Below, piece after piece: positions 37,809 through 46,363 of a DNA stretch of 64,000 bases (its first letter is position 1; every line of letters starts with the position of its first letter). The notes below the pieces were generated by a model. It was not told the origin of the DNA. It saw only the letters and a program-made list of their open reading frames with translations, and did not search any database. The DNA lies in IMG/VR virus record IMGVR_UViG_3300042391_001376, positions 140,905-204,904 of that record; one strand, written 5' to 3'. The position numbers and the translations under genes were made by a program.

Positions 37809-38522
37809 ATGAAAAACAAAATTAAATTATCTTTAGTTACATCTTTATTAATACTAGGATCTTTATCTTTTCCAACAGCTTTACTTGCTAATAATCAGGA
37901 GCCTATATTGATTCAAATATATGATACTGATATTGGCACTGAAGCTTTTGAGCAGTTGGTTAATTACGGCAATGGCGGTCATGCTGCATTAGGTGCTATA
38001 CTTGGGGATGCCCAAAATATGCAACAGAACCCAGGTATCGGCCTTGGCATTGGTTCAGGTGGCCTCGGTTATAGGCCTTCTGTTACTATCGCCGTATGGA
38101 CTGATGCAGTCTTTGACAAATCTCTTGGATTGGCTACTATTAAAAGTTACTTTAATGTACCTAGCAGTCCAGTAACTACCAACGGTGATTGTGCTATAGC
38201 TTGCGATGGAACAGTTCAACAACCTGAACCTGTCCAACAAATAGTGGAGACTGTTGTTCAACAACCTGTTTTAATTCAACAGCCAGAACCGCAAGAACAA
38301 GCATCAGCACCACAAATATTATTAGATAATACACCACAGCATATAGAGCCCACAGTATCTCTTGAACCACTTTCTTCATATACTACTCCAGCTGTTTTGA
38401 CTCTTCAATCATCTATTAGTAACAAAGTTGTTTCTGATAAAAAAGTTATTAACAAAAAGAAAATTATCACCAAGAAAGTAGCACGACATGCCACCAGTAA
38501 AGCAGTTAAAAGACACCCGTAG
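37809..38522 (+). CDS. secreted protein with Q/P-rich linker and basic tail
   Basis: signal peptide, QQPE repeats. Confidence 0.7.
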   Translation: MKNKIKLSLVTSLLILGSLSFPTALLANNQEPILIQIYDTDIGTEAFEQLVNYGNGGHAALGAILGDAQNMQQNPGIGLGIGSGGLGYRPSVTIAVWTDAVFDKSLGLATIKSYFNVPSSPVTTNGDCAIACDGTVQQPEPVQQIVETVVQQPVLIQQPEPQEQASAPQILLDNTPQHIEPTVSLEPLSSYTTPAVLTLQSSISNKVVSDKKVINKKKIITKKVARHATSKAVKRHP

Positions 38523-38820
38523 TCCAGAAGAAATTGCCATCCAATCCGCAATGACTTCACACTATACTATTTTGGTTCCAGGCTATAAAGCTAAAAATGT
38601 ACGCATTAAAAATCCACTTACTGGTAAAGACCCACTCTTTAGCGTAGAAGATCCACAATTCTTTGAGTTGTTTTATGATCTTGCTCAAAAAGGTCTTAAA
38701 GAAAAAATGATGCGCGAGATTGAAACATTTGCTGCCAATCTAGATCCTGATTGGCAAGCTGTTTATTCTGCTCTTGAAGGTTACTTCAAAGCAAAAGAAT
38801 CTTCTAATGAGATTGCTTAA
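38488..38820 (+). CDS. hypothetical protein
   Basis: 110-aa ORF. Confidence 0.65.
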   Translation: MPPVKQLKDTRSPEEIAIQSAMTSHYTILVPGYKAKNVRIKNPLTGKDPLFSVEDPQFFELFYDLAQKGLKEKMMREIETFAANLDPDWQAVYSALEGYFKAKESSNEIA

Positions 38821-38966
38821 ATCTTTAGTTACACGTAATATCCAACATGCTAGAACAAGACGATCTGAAATTTTAGAAAATGATATTTCAACTATTCGTT
38901 ATTGGGATGGATACATAAGTGCTTTAGAATCCATAGTGCACGTTTTACCTGAAGACACCGAAACAC

Positions 38967-39320
38967 ATGAACAACAAGAAAAAATACATGGACACCAAAC
39001 AGATTAAATCAGGAAGTTCTACGCTTCTAATCCTAAATTACTTAGGTATGCGAAAGCGTATGGATAAACCTTGGGCAACAGATTTAAATATAGCTCAGTT
39101 TTTTTCACATAAGTTACAAAAAAGAACTAAGCAGGGCGCGGATGCTAGACAGGCTTTAGATAATTTGCTTAAAGCAGATTATGTTGTCAAAAAAAAAATT
39201 AAAGGTATTGATTATTATTCTATTACAGAATTAGGTTGTCGCATACCTTATATAGTTGCAAACCGTCTAGCTAGCAGCCCTACTTATCAACACAGAACTA
39301 AACATCACAACGATGATTAA
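38967..39320 (+). CDS. probable winged-helix protein
   Basis: ALDNLLKADYV...YYSITELG. Confidence 0.6.
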   Translation: MNNKKKYMDTKQIKSGSSTLLILNYLGMRKRMDKPWATDLNIAQFFSHKLQKRTKQGADARQALDNLLKADYVVKKKIKGIDYYSITELGCRIPYIVANRLASSPTYQHRTKHHNDD

Positions 39321-39481
39321 TTAAATCTGCGTGGTTCTTTGATCGCATCCCAATACATTTGTCCTACGCGATCTTCGTAACTTCTAGGTGTATTGTGATA
39401 TTCGTAGTTGTTTACTGCTTTCATTGTAAATTTATGAAATGTAAATGCTATTGCTGTTAAAATTATTAGTGTGATTATCAT
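39317..39481 (-). CDS. small membrane protein (54 aa), lone minus-strand gene
   Basis: manually translated MIITLIILTAIAFTFHKF... Confidence 0.5.
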   Translation of the reverse strand: MIITLIILTAIAFTFHKFTMKAVNNYEYHNTPRSYEDRVGQMYWDAIKEPRRFN

Positions 39482-39557
39482 GTTCTACATAGTATCATGC
39501 TATCACGTTAAGTGAACCCACTAACTTGTAGTATCTCTAAAATAGATAGGTCCCATC

Positions 39558-40097
39558 ATGCATGAAGAAGTATTAGCTTGTTCGTATTCTAAATGTGATG
39601 TTTATCTTTTGAAGCCCGGCAAAGCTCAATGTTCTTATGAGGGCACTGATGAATGCAAGGCTGAAACAGAATATTTACAGAACACTATTGATAAAACTAA
39701 AGTTCTTAAAACAGATAAAGAATCTTTTAACGAAATCAAAAAATTGGAAGATGACATTAAACTTTGGAAGAAAATTGCAGATGATTGGAGACAAGCAGCT
39801 ATTGCACTAGCAACAGACGCAGGTGATCCTTACATGGCTATAGACTGTTATGAAGATATTAGCAGTGGACTATACGATACAGTCCGCGAAAGAATGTATG
39901 TTAGTCCATCAACTAAACAAAGAGCTTTTGATGGCATTCATGATTATGCAACTTTGATTTGTACAAAAGCAGGCGAAGCTCAAGAACTTAGAGTTGCAGC
40001 AGAAGATGTTAGTGATGCTGAGAATACCTATTATTGGGAAGGCTATGAAGCAGCATTAGACTTTGCTATTGACTCATTGCCAAATTATAACAATTAA
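39558..40097 (+). CDS. hypothetical protein
   Basis: 179-aa ORF. Confidence 0.7.
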   Translation: MHEEVLACSYSKCDVYLLKPGKAQCSYEGTDECKAETEYLQNTIDKTKVLKTDKESFNEIKKLEDDIKLWKKIADDWRQAAIALATDAGDPYMAIDCYEDISSGLYDTVRERMYVSPSTKQRAFDGIHDYATLICTKAGEAQELRVAAEDVSDAENTYYWEGYEAALDFAIDSLPNYNN

Positions 40098-40102
40098 TTA
40101 TG

Positions 40103-40175
<73 letters not shown>

Positions 40176-40177
40176 CT

Positions 40178-40399
40178 ATGAAAAAAATACTTATATTATT
40201 TATATTAATAACAACACTTTCTAGTTGTGCTACTTCTAGCTACGATAACTATTATCAAGAAGAACCTTATCCAGGTTATAGTGATGGTTATGATCAAGAC
40301 TGTTCAGACATTGGTCAAGAAGTTCCAGTCCCATATGATGATCCAGATGGTCTTGATGCTGATGGCGATGGCTGGGGTTGTGAAAGTTACGGAGGCTAA
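40178..40399 (+). CDS. lipoprotein with Excalibur-type Ca-binding motif
   Basis: lipobox LSSC; DCSD...LDADGDGWGCE. Confidence 0.8.
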   Translation: MKKILILFILITTLSSCATSSYDNYYQEEPYPGYSDGYDQDCSDIGQEVPVPYDDPDGLDADGDGWGCESYGG

Positions 40400-40578
40400 T
40401 TATGAAAACAGAATCTGAACAACAACCATATATTAAACAAATGCCTAAGGGTGAATGTACTTATTGCGACCTAGAGTATGATAAGCCTACTGGCTTCTTT
40501 CCGCCTCACACAGCGTCTCCTAGGTGCCAATCAGGGCATCACAGTCACTGTACCTGCGATACTTGTTTTTAGGACTTT

Positions 40579-40848
40579 ATGAAAAAATATATTATAATAC
40601 CAATATTAACTTTAGTGTTAGCCTCTTGTTCTATTGGTGAGCCCTGGTCACAGCAGCGCACTGAGAAATTAAGAGAAGAGTTTTGCGTTGATCTTATGGA
40701 AGAACAACCATACTCTGGAAGTTGTGATTGTTTTGTCGCAGCAACACTAAAGAACTTTAAAACATTTACATCTTATGCTAGAGCAAGTGGTCCATCAGAA
40801 CAATACCGCAAAGACCTTGAGTGGTGCGGTTATTTACTAAAACCATAA
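40579..40848 (+). CDS. lipoprotein
   Basis: lipobox LASC. Confidence 0.7.
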   Translation: MKKYIIIPILTLVLASCSIGEPWSQQRTEKLREEFCVDLMEEQPYSGSCDCFVAATLKNFKTFTSYARASGPSEQYRKDLEWCGYLLKP

Positions 40849-40869
40849 TTACAAATAGGAGTAAACTTT

Positions 40870-41190
40870 ATGATTAATCAATCTATGAAACATTGGTCAA
40901 AAGAAGAAAGAAAAAGTTTTAATCAAACACTTGATCAAATTGCCAATCAACTTGGTTACGCTTTAAAGTATTCTGCAGATGGCCCAGTTTTTGAAATAGG
41001 TACAATGGAACAGCTTCAAGAGACTGTTACCTTTTTTGAAGAACAGGACGCTATGTGCGGTTGCAAAAAAGCTAGTAGTCTTGTTATCGTTCCAATATCA
41101 GAATTACATTGGAGCACAAGACGTAGTTTGGTAAAAGAAAAACTTGAACGTAGAGCTCTTATGGATGCAGTAGACAGTCAAAATAATTAA
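40870..41190 (+). CDS. hypothetical protein
   Basis: AGGAG RBS. Confidence 0.65.
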   Translation: MINQSMKHWSKEERKSFNQTLDQIANQLGYALKYSADGPVFEIGTMEQLQETVTFFEEQDAMCGCKKASSLVIVPISELHWSTRRSLVKEKLERRALMDAVDSQNN

Positions 41191-41216
41191 ACCTTTAAAT
41201 ATAAAAAAGGAACAAC

Positions 41217-41441
41217 ATGCAAACAATAACATTGCCTTTAAACCCAGCCAATTACTTTGGCACATTGCCAGCAGTAACTAATCTATCTGTTGGTGATATA
41301 CTTTATATTGGCCCAAGAGACTTAGTCGAAGAAATGACAATTCAATCTTTTGAAAGAGATGATGTTAATTTTATTATTAATACCGACAAAGCCGTACTTG
41401 TAGCCACAAGAACTACACGCGTTAACAGAAAAGATATTTAG
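41217..41441 (+). CDS. hypothetical protein
   Basis: AAGGA RBS. Confidence 0.6.
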   Translation: MQTITLPLNPANYFGTLPAVTNLSVGDILYIGPRDLVEEMTIQSFERDDVNFIINTDKAVLVATRTTRVNRKDI

Positions 41442-41442
41442 C

Positions 41443-41898
41443 ATGGGTATGGATGTTTACGGAACAGAACCTATTGACCCAAAGGGTGAATACTTCCGCA
41501 ATAATGTTTGGTGGTGGCGTCCACTTTGGGACTACTGTTTAACTCATCATCCAGATCCTGCAGCAAAAGTGGAAAATGGACACTCCAATGATGGAGATGG
41601 ACTCAACGCTACAGATGCCACAAAACTTGGTACACTTTTAAAACAGGATATACTTTCCGGTAAAGTGGATTCATATGAAGAAAAATACAAACAGGAACTT
41701 GAATCATTACCTATGGGCAAATGTGAACATTGTTCCGGTACTGGAATACGCAATGACGAATATGTTCAGGGCACTTGTAACGCTTGCAAAGGCGAAGGCA
41801 AAGTAAAGCATTGGGCAACCAGTTATCCTTTTAGTAAAGAAAATATTCAAGAGTTTTCTGAATTCTTAATTAATTCTGGTGGCTTTAGCATTTGTTAA
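41443..41898 (+). CDS. hypothetical protein with DnaJ-type zinc finger
   Basis: CEHCSGTG and CNACKGEG. Confidence 0.75.
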   Translation: MGMDVYGTEPIDPKGEYFRNNVWWWRPLWDYCLTHHPDPAAKVENGHSNDGDGLNATDATKLGTLLKQDILSGKVDSYEEKYKQELESLPMGKCEHCSGTGIRNDEYVQGTCNACKGEGKVKHWATSYPFSKENIQEFSEFLINSGGFSIC

Positions 41899-41904
41899 AC
41901 CATC

Positions 41905-41976
41905 GCCCGTTTAGCTCAGTGGTAGAGCTCTGCACTTGTAATGCAGTGGTCCTCGGTTCAATCCCGAGAGCGGGCT
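41905..41976 (+). tRNA. tRNA-Thr(TGT)
   Basis: GCCCGTT/AGCGGGC, CTGCA-CTTGTAA-TGCAG. Confidence 0.95.
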
Positions 41977-41978
41977 CT

Positions 41979-42069
41979 AAGACAGTAGCGTGTCCTACTT
42001 AATCGTGGGCGAACCCAATGATGCAATAAGCACGTGAGACCCATATTCTCTTGGCATCACTGCTGTCTT
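41979..42069 (+). ncRNA. candidate pseudoknotted RNA, copy 1
   Basis: AAGACAGTAG/CTGCTGTCTT; CGTGT/GCACG crossing TGATGC/GCATCA. Confidence 0.6.
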
Positions 42070-42078
42070 TTATCTTCA

Positions 42079-42163
42079 TGATAGTAGCGCATTTCAATGT
42101 TGGTAATGATAGAATATAATGCGTACTACAACTTCCCGTTGTGGAACTCTATCACTACTATCA
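42079..42163 (+). ncRNA. candidate pseudoknotted RNA, copy 2
   Basis: TGATAGTAG/CTACTATCA; CGCATT/AATGCG crossing TGATAGA/TCTATCA. Confidence 0.6.
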
Positions 42164-42220
42164 CCTTTTACAGAAAGATAATTAAATGTCAACTAACCGA
42201 ATAGGTAGCCGCTAATATAC

Positions 42221-42296
42221 AGGGCGGTATACCCTCACTCTTATAAAGTGTTGAAAGGTTAGTTGGTCCACGTGGGTTCAATCCCCACCCGCCCTA
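42221..42296 (+). tRNA. non-canonical tRNA-like RNA with TAT (Ile) anticodon, no D-arm, 20-nt variable region
   Basis: AGGGCGG/CCGCCCT acceptor, CACT-CTTATAA-AGTG, GTGGG-TTCAATC-CCCAC. Confidence 0.8.
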
Positions 42297-42312
42297 CTAG
42301 TCAGGCATCAAA

Positions 42313-42645
42313 ATGTTAATAGAACGAAAGCCCTGGATGCAGGAATCTTCTTGTAATGAAGAAGATACAATTGTATTTTTCCCTAACAGATATACTGAAG
42401 CTACAGTGGCTAAGCCATTTTCTCTATGCGACACATGTTTAGTTAAAGCCGACTGTCTTTACGAGGCAATGATTACTGATTCTGTTGGCATATGGGGCGG
42501 AACAACCGAATACCAACGACTCATGCTTTTATCTAAATTATTTAATGATAACTCAAAAAATGTTAACATGAAAGCAATTATTAAGATAATAGAAAACAAC
42601 TACTACTCAATACCAATTTCATCTAGATATGAACAAAAATATTAA
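42313..42645 (+). CDS. whiB: WhiB-family transcription factor
   Basis: W...SSC...FFP...CDTCLVKADC...GIWGG. Confidence 0.9.
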   Translation: MLIERKPWMQESSCNEEDTIVFFPNRYTEATVAKPFSLCDTCLVKADCLYEAMITDSVGIWGGTTEYQRLMLLSKLFNDNSKNVNMKAIIKIIENNYYSIPISSRYEQKY

Positions 42646-42686
42646 TTCTAAAAAAAGCCTTATAGATCAAAAGAGTAGGTAGCATA

Positions 42687-43430
42687 ATGACAAACGAAGC
42701 TTTCTCCAACGATGATGACCTGTTTTCTTACGACCCTTCGCAAGAACCAGTAATTGATAAATCAGATTTTTCTGCTAGTGCCTCAGGCAAAGTTAATTCT
42801 GACATATTAGAAGACATATCTAAACGGATAGATGGCGCAAAGGATGATGATATCCTTGGATCTTTTAGTATGAAAATAAGATTTGCTCAATCCTTCATTG
42901 AATCATATACTTATTTCATTCAAACTAGTAACACCTTTTTCCATAGAGCTGTACACCAAACTTTAGATCAATTAACTTCTGGTAGATTCTCTATGATATA
43001 CATGTTTAATCATTTAGAGCATAACTTGTTGCGCCGGCTAAATGTTAAGTATATCTTAGAGAATACTTTTTTAGATACCGGTGAACCATCTTCTGAAGAT
43101 TTTCAAACATTTCTTAAAAGAGTTGGTTTAGATTTAGATGAAACTTTTATTGGTTGCTATATTCAAAGTAATATAGATATCAACAATCATGTCATTAATA
43201 ACGAACGGTCTTTGTACATGGAACTAGCAGAACGCTTAGACTTAAACCCACACCACGTCATTGCTAATTCAAATCCAACACTAGACGATTTGGTAGGGTC
43301 TCTTCCAACTTCTGTAGACAGATATCATCAAGAAATGTATGAAGCCATGTTCGCTTCATTAGCTGATTCTGGGTATACAGATAAACTTTCTGATCTTTAT
43401 TCTGACAAAGTTAGGCTATCTCAAATATGA
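42687..43430 (+). CDS. hypothetical protein
   Basis: 247-aa ORF. Confidence 0.7.
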   Translation: MTNEAFSNDDDLFSYDPSQEPVIDKSDFSASASGKVNSDILEDISKRIDGAKDDDILGSFSMKIRFAQSFIESYTYFIQTSNTFFHRAVHQTLDQLTSGRFSMIYMFNHLEHNLLRRLNVKYILENTFLDTGEPSSEDFQTFLKRVGLDLDETFIGCYIQSNIDINNHVINNERSLYMELAERLDLNPHHVIANSNPTLDDLVGSLPTSVDRYHQEMYEAMFASLADSGYTDKLSDLYSDKVRLSQI

Positions 43431-43885
43431 GCAAAAAGCATTTAAAACAATTTTTACTGTCCGTGGCTACAGCTTCTGCTGTTGCTGCAATAAACTATAC
43501 TATATTTCATAGTCATTTTGTTTTTGTAGTATTAATGGTTTTAATTGCTCACGAACTTGGTCACTATATAACAGCAAGAATGAATGGCGCTAAAGCAGAT
43601 CTTCCATACTTTATCCCATTTCCAATAATTTCTATTGGCATAACACATATTAAGAATATGAAGTTTCTTTCTAAATCTACTAGAAAGAAAATATTGGCTT
43701 ATGGTCCCATAACTGGATTCATTACAGCTTTTTATTTTTTATTATTATCACTTCTCTTTTCATCACTCCCATCAGCTCCACTTTTATTTATTTGTTTTTC
43801 TGAATTGGTATTTAATTATTTTGGTTCTGATGGTAAAAAATATCGTCAAATAAAAGAACAGGAATTATCTTTATGTATTTCATAA
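43427..43885 (+). CDS. M50/site-2-type intramembrane metalloprotease-like protein
   Basis: HELGH in a TM helix, YGP, GSDG. Confidence 0.78.
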   Translation: MSKKHLKQFLLSVATASAVAAINYTIFHSHFVFVVLMVLIAHELGHYITARMNGAKADLPYFIPFPIISIGITHIKNMKFLSKSTRKKILAYGPITGFITAFYFLLLSLLFSSLPSAPLLFICFSELVFNYFGSDGKKYRQIKEQELSLCIS

Positions 43886-44278
43886 TTGCACCATTGGTGT
43901 TAATAGGTTTAGCTGCAAAGCTAATAAACAATAAAATAGATAAACAAAAACAAAATAATGACTCATTGTTATTTAACAGTGAGCTTTCCAAATTCATGCA
44001 ACAGATAACCAAAGAGGCAGATACCAGTGACACCGACAGAAACAATATACGACAATTCACCAAAAAACCAAAGCGCAATCAATTCTAAAAAAATACAATC
44101 TTATTTAGATGATTGTTGTTTTGATATGCAAGTAAACCCAAACAGCACACTATCTGGAACAGAAGCATATATCATAAAAATGATATCTAAAATTGCTGTT
44201 GGTTCTGCGACTGTGTGGTGGTCGGTTATTGAACTTAGACAATTTATTAAAAATCGCAAATCCTTGTAAGGAGAAATA

Positions 44279-44662
44279 ATGAGCTCAGAAGATTATAAAA
44301 AGTTAGATAAAATTAAAAAATTTAACTTTTCTTTTGATATGGTAACAAAAAGTAAAGCTGAGCTCCAAGAACAACGCGATGCAGTAAAGGAAAGAATAGA
44401 CAAGATCGTTAACCATTTTACGATAGACGATGTACCTATTCTTTCCTACATACTGCATGTAACTACTTCTCGTGTAGAATTAAAGAAGCTAGCTAAAGCT
44501 ATAGACAGACTCGCTGATTTAGCTGATGTCAATACTGCCTTAAGTAATAAGCTTAAAGTTATCGAAGCTGCAGAGTCAGACCCAAATTGGTTTGCTCTAG
44601 CTTTTGGTGACTTTGACCAAGAAATTGATCTTGATCTAGAAAAATTTTTTACCCAAGAATAG
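44279..44662 (+). CDS. hypothetical protein
   Basis: AAGGAG RBS. Confidence 0.65.
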   Translation: MSSEDYKKLDKIKKFNFSFDMVTKSKAELQEQRDAVKERIDKIVNHFTIDDVPILSYILHVTTSRVELKKLAKAIDRLADLADVNTALSNKLKVIEAAESDPNWFALAFGDFDQEIDLDLEKFFTQE

Positions 44663-44680
44663 CCTAAGGAATATAATATC

Positions 44681-46324
44681 ATGGATAAAGTTTCTTACAG
44701 TTTTGTAAAAGAAGACAGCAATCTTATCTTTCGGTCTAAAGTAAATTCATTTAATCTTGACCACGTTACAGATAAAGATATAACTTCATTTTTTACATCT
44801 TTTTCTAATTATGCTTACTTTGATACTGGCTTGCTTCCTGTTGATGGAACTGGCTTATTAGGTATCAGACGCGCAGGAGACCACACTCAAGTTATATACC
44901 AGTATAAGCCTGGTATGTATTATGTTAATTGGGGTGCATATGAAAGAGACTCTGATTACACTAAGTATTATTTAGCTCAACCTTACAGGATTGTTGTTAT
45001 AGACTTTCTTAGCGACAACCTTTTAGGTGCTAGAACATTTTATACTGTAGAGCCGGCTATCCATTCTGCTGTTCAGCTTTACCATGTAAACTTACCAAAC
45101 ATTAATTGCAGAGGTTACCGAGGCAACGGTGTTGGTTGGATTTGCCTATACCATAATGAAGATTGGTCTACTCTTCCATTTAATGAAAGATTGAACAGAG
45201 CTCTTGAGCGTTGTTCTGGCGTTGAAGTATATAACGATGCCAACATGAGTGAAACAGACGGCCCACGCTTTTACCAAGAAAGAGAAATGCCTTTGTATAC
45301 TTGGTCCCCAAGTAAGTGGGAAAAAAAATCTACTGAAGAAGGTTGGGAATGGACTTTAGATTCATCTAATTGGATACCAATTCATGTTGAAAGCAGAGAC
45401 AGCCAAGGGCAACACAAAGAAGGCGGCATTCCCCTTACTTTAGTAGACGCAATTATTGGCAACTATAGTTCATACTATGGAGATACTTATTTGCCAAAAC
45501 CAGTAAACGCTTTGACTCGTTCAGATCTTGAAATTAATCCAATACAAGTTACTGATTGGTTTGTTAAATCTTATAATTCATCTAAAACTACATTTTCTGG
45601 GTTAGACCCATATTCTGCTAGTTCACAAATCAGAGAACAAAATTCTGTAGCTGTACCTAATTTGTTTGATGAAGACGAAGAAGAAATTGATGAAGACAGC
45701 GAAGACTACATAGCCTGTACAATGACAGGTGAAGCTACACCAATCGAAGATTGTTCAAAAGATCATTCTTATTACAATGTTAATACAGGCAAATGCATGA
45801 AGATTTGTTCTGAATGCATAAGCAGTCACGAGATGGTTTACGCAGAAAACACCATGCAGTTTTATGTCCCTGATCATATGGGCGACAGCCTTTATTATGA
45901 TACACACCACGATCAGTATTACGACACTAATGCCATAAAGACTCCTTGGGGCAACTGCTCTAATTGCGGAGGTATTCACATTTCTCCATTCCCAGATAAA
46001 CAATTATTCTTAATTTGGGAAAATCAACAAGAAGAACATTCTTCACTTTGTGCTTTCTGTATAGGTGGAGAAAATGTTGCTGATTGTATTAATTGTGGCG
46101 TCAATGTACCAAGTCACACTTCTCAACATTTTGATCCAACAACAGTAAAGTATGATCCTTCCACACAATACTACCATTGTGCGGTGTGTGTTGAAATCCT
46201 TCAATCAGCCAATTCTGAAGACGTAGCAGAATCAAACCAAGCTGAAGCTAAAAATTTATTACAACTATTGTCAGAACTTACAGATGGTACTTTAATTATA
46301 TCTTCTGATGAAGAACCGTTCTAA
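44681..46324 (+). CDS. prokaryotic E2 family D-like conjugating enzyme fused to CxxC-rich C-terminal region; ends SDEEPF
   Basis: DTGLLP, YLAQPYRIV, LYHVNLPNI...GWICL; adjacent to JAB/E1/Ubl. Confidence 0.72.
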   Translation: MDKVSYSFVKEDSNLIFRSKVNSFNLDHVTDKDITSFFTSFSNYAYFDTGLLPVDGTGLLGIRRAGDHTQVIYQYKPGMYYVNWGAYERDSDYTKYYLAQPYRIVVIDFLSDNLLGARTFYTVEPAIHSAVQLYHVNLPNINCRGYRGNGVGWICLYHNEDWSTLPFNERLNRALERCSGVEVYNDANMSETDGPRFYQEREMPLYTWSPSKWEKKSTEEGWEWTLDSSNWIPIHVESRDSQGQHKEGGIPLTLVDAIIGNYSSYYGDTYLPKPVNALTRSDLEINPIQVTDWFVKSYNSSKTTFSGLDPYSASSQIREQNSVAVPNLFDEDEEEIDEDSEDYIACTMTGEATPIEDCSKDHSYYNVNTGKCMKICSECISSHEMVYAENTMQFYVPDHMGDSLYYDTHHDQYYDTNAIKTPWGNCSNCGGIHISPFPDKQLFLIWENQQEEHSSLCAFCIGGENVADCINCGVNVPSHTSQHFDPTTVKYDPSTQYYHCAVCVEILQSANSEDVAESNQAEAKNLLQLLSELTDGTLIISSDEEPF

Positions 46325-46363
46325 TCAAAAACAACGAATACAATATAACATTAGGGAGAACAT

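Noticed and set aside
41977-42170. HDV-like (theta) or hammerhead ribozyme after tRNA-Thr
   Set aside because: I could not find the P3/L3/P1.1 core of HDV-like ribozymes or the CTGANGA/GAAA hammerhead core; kept as an unknown motif
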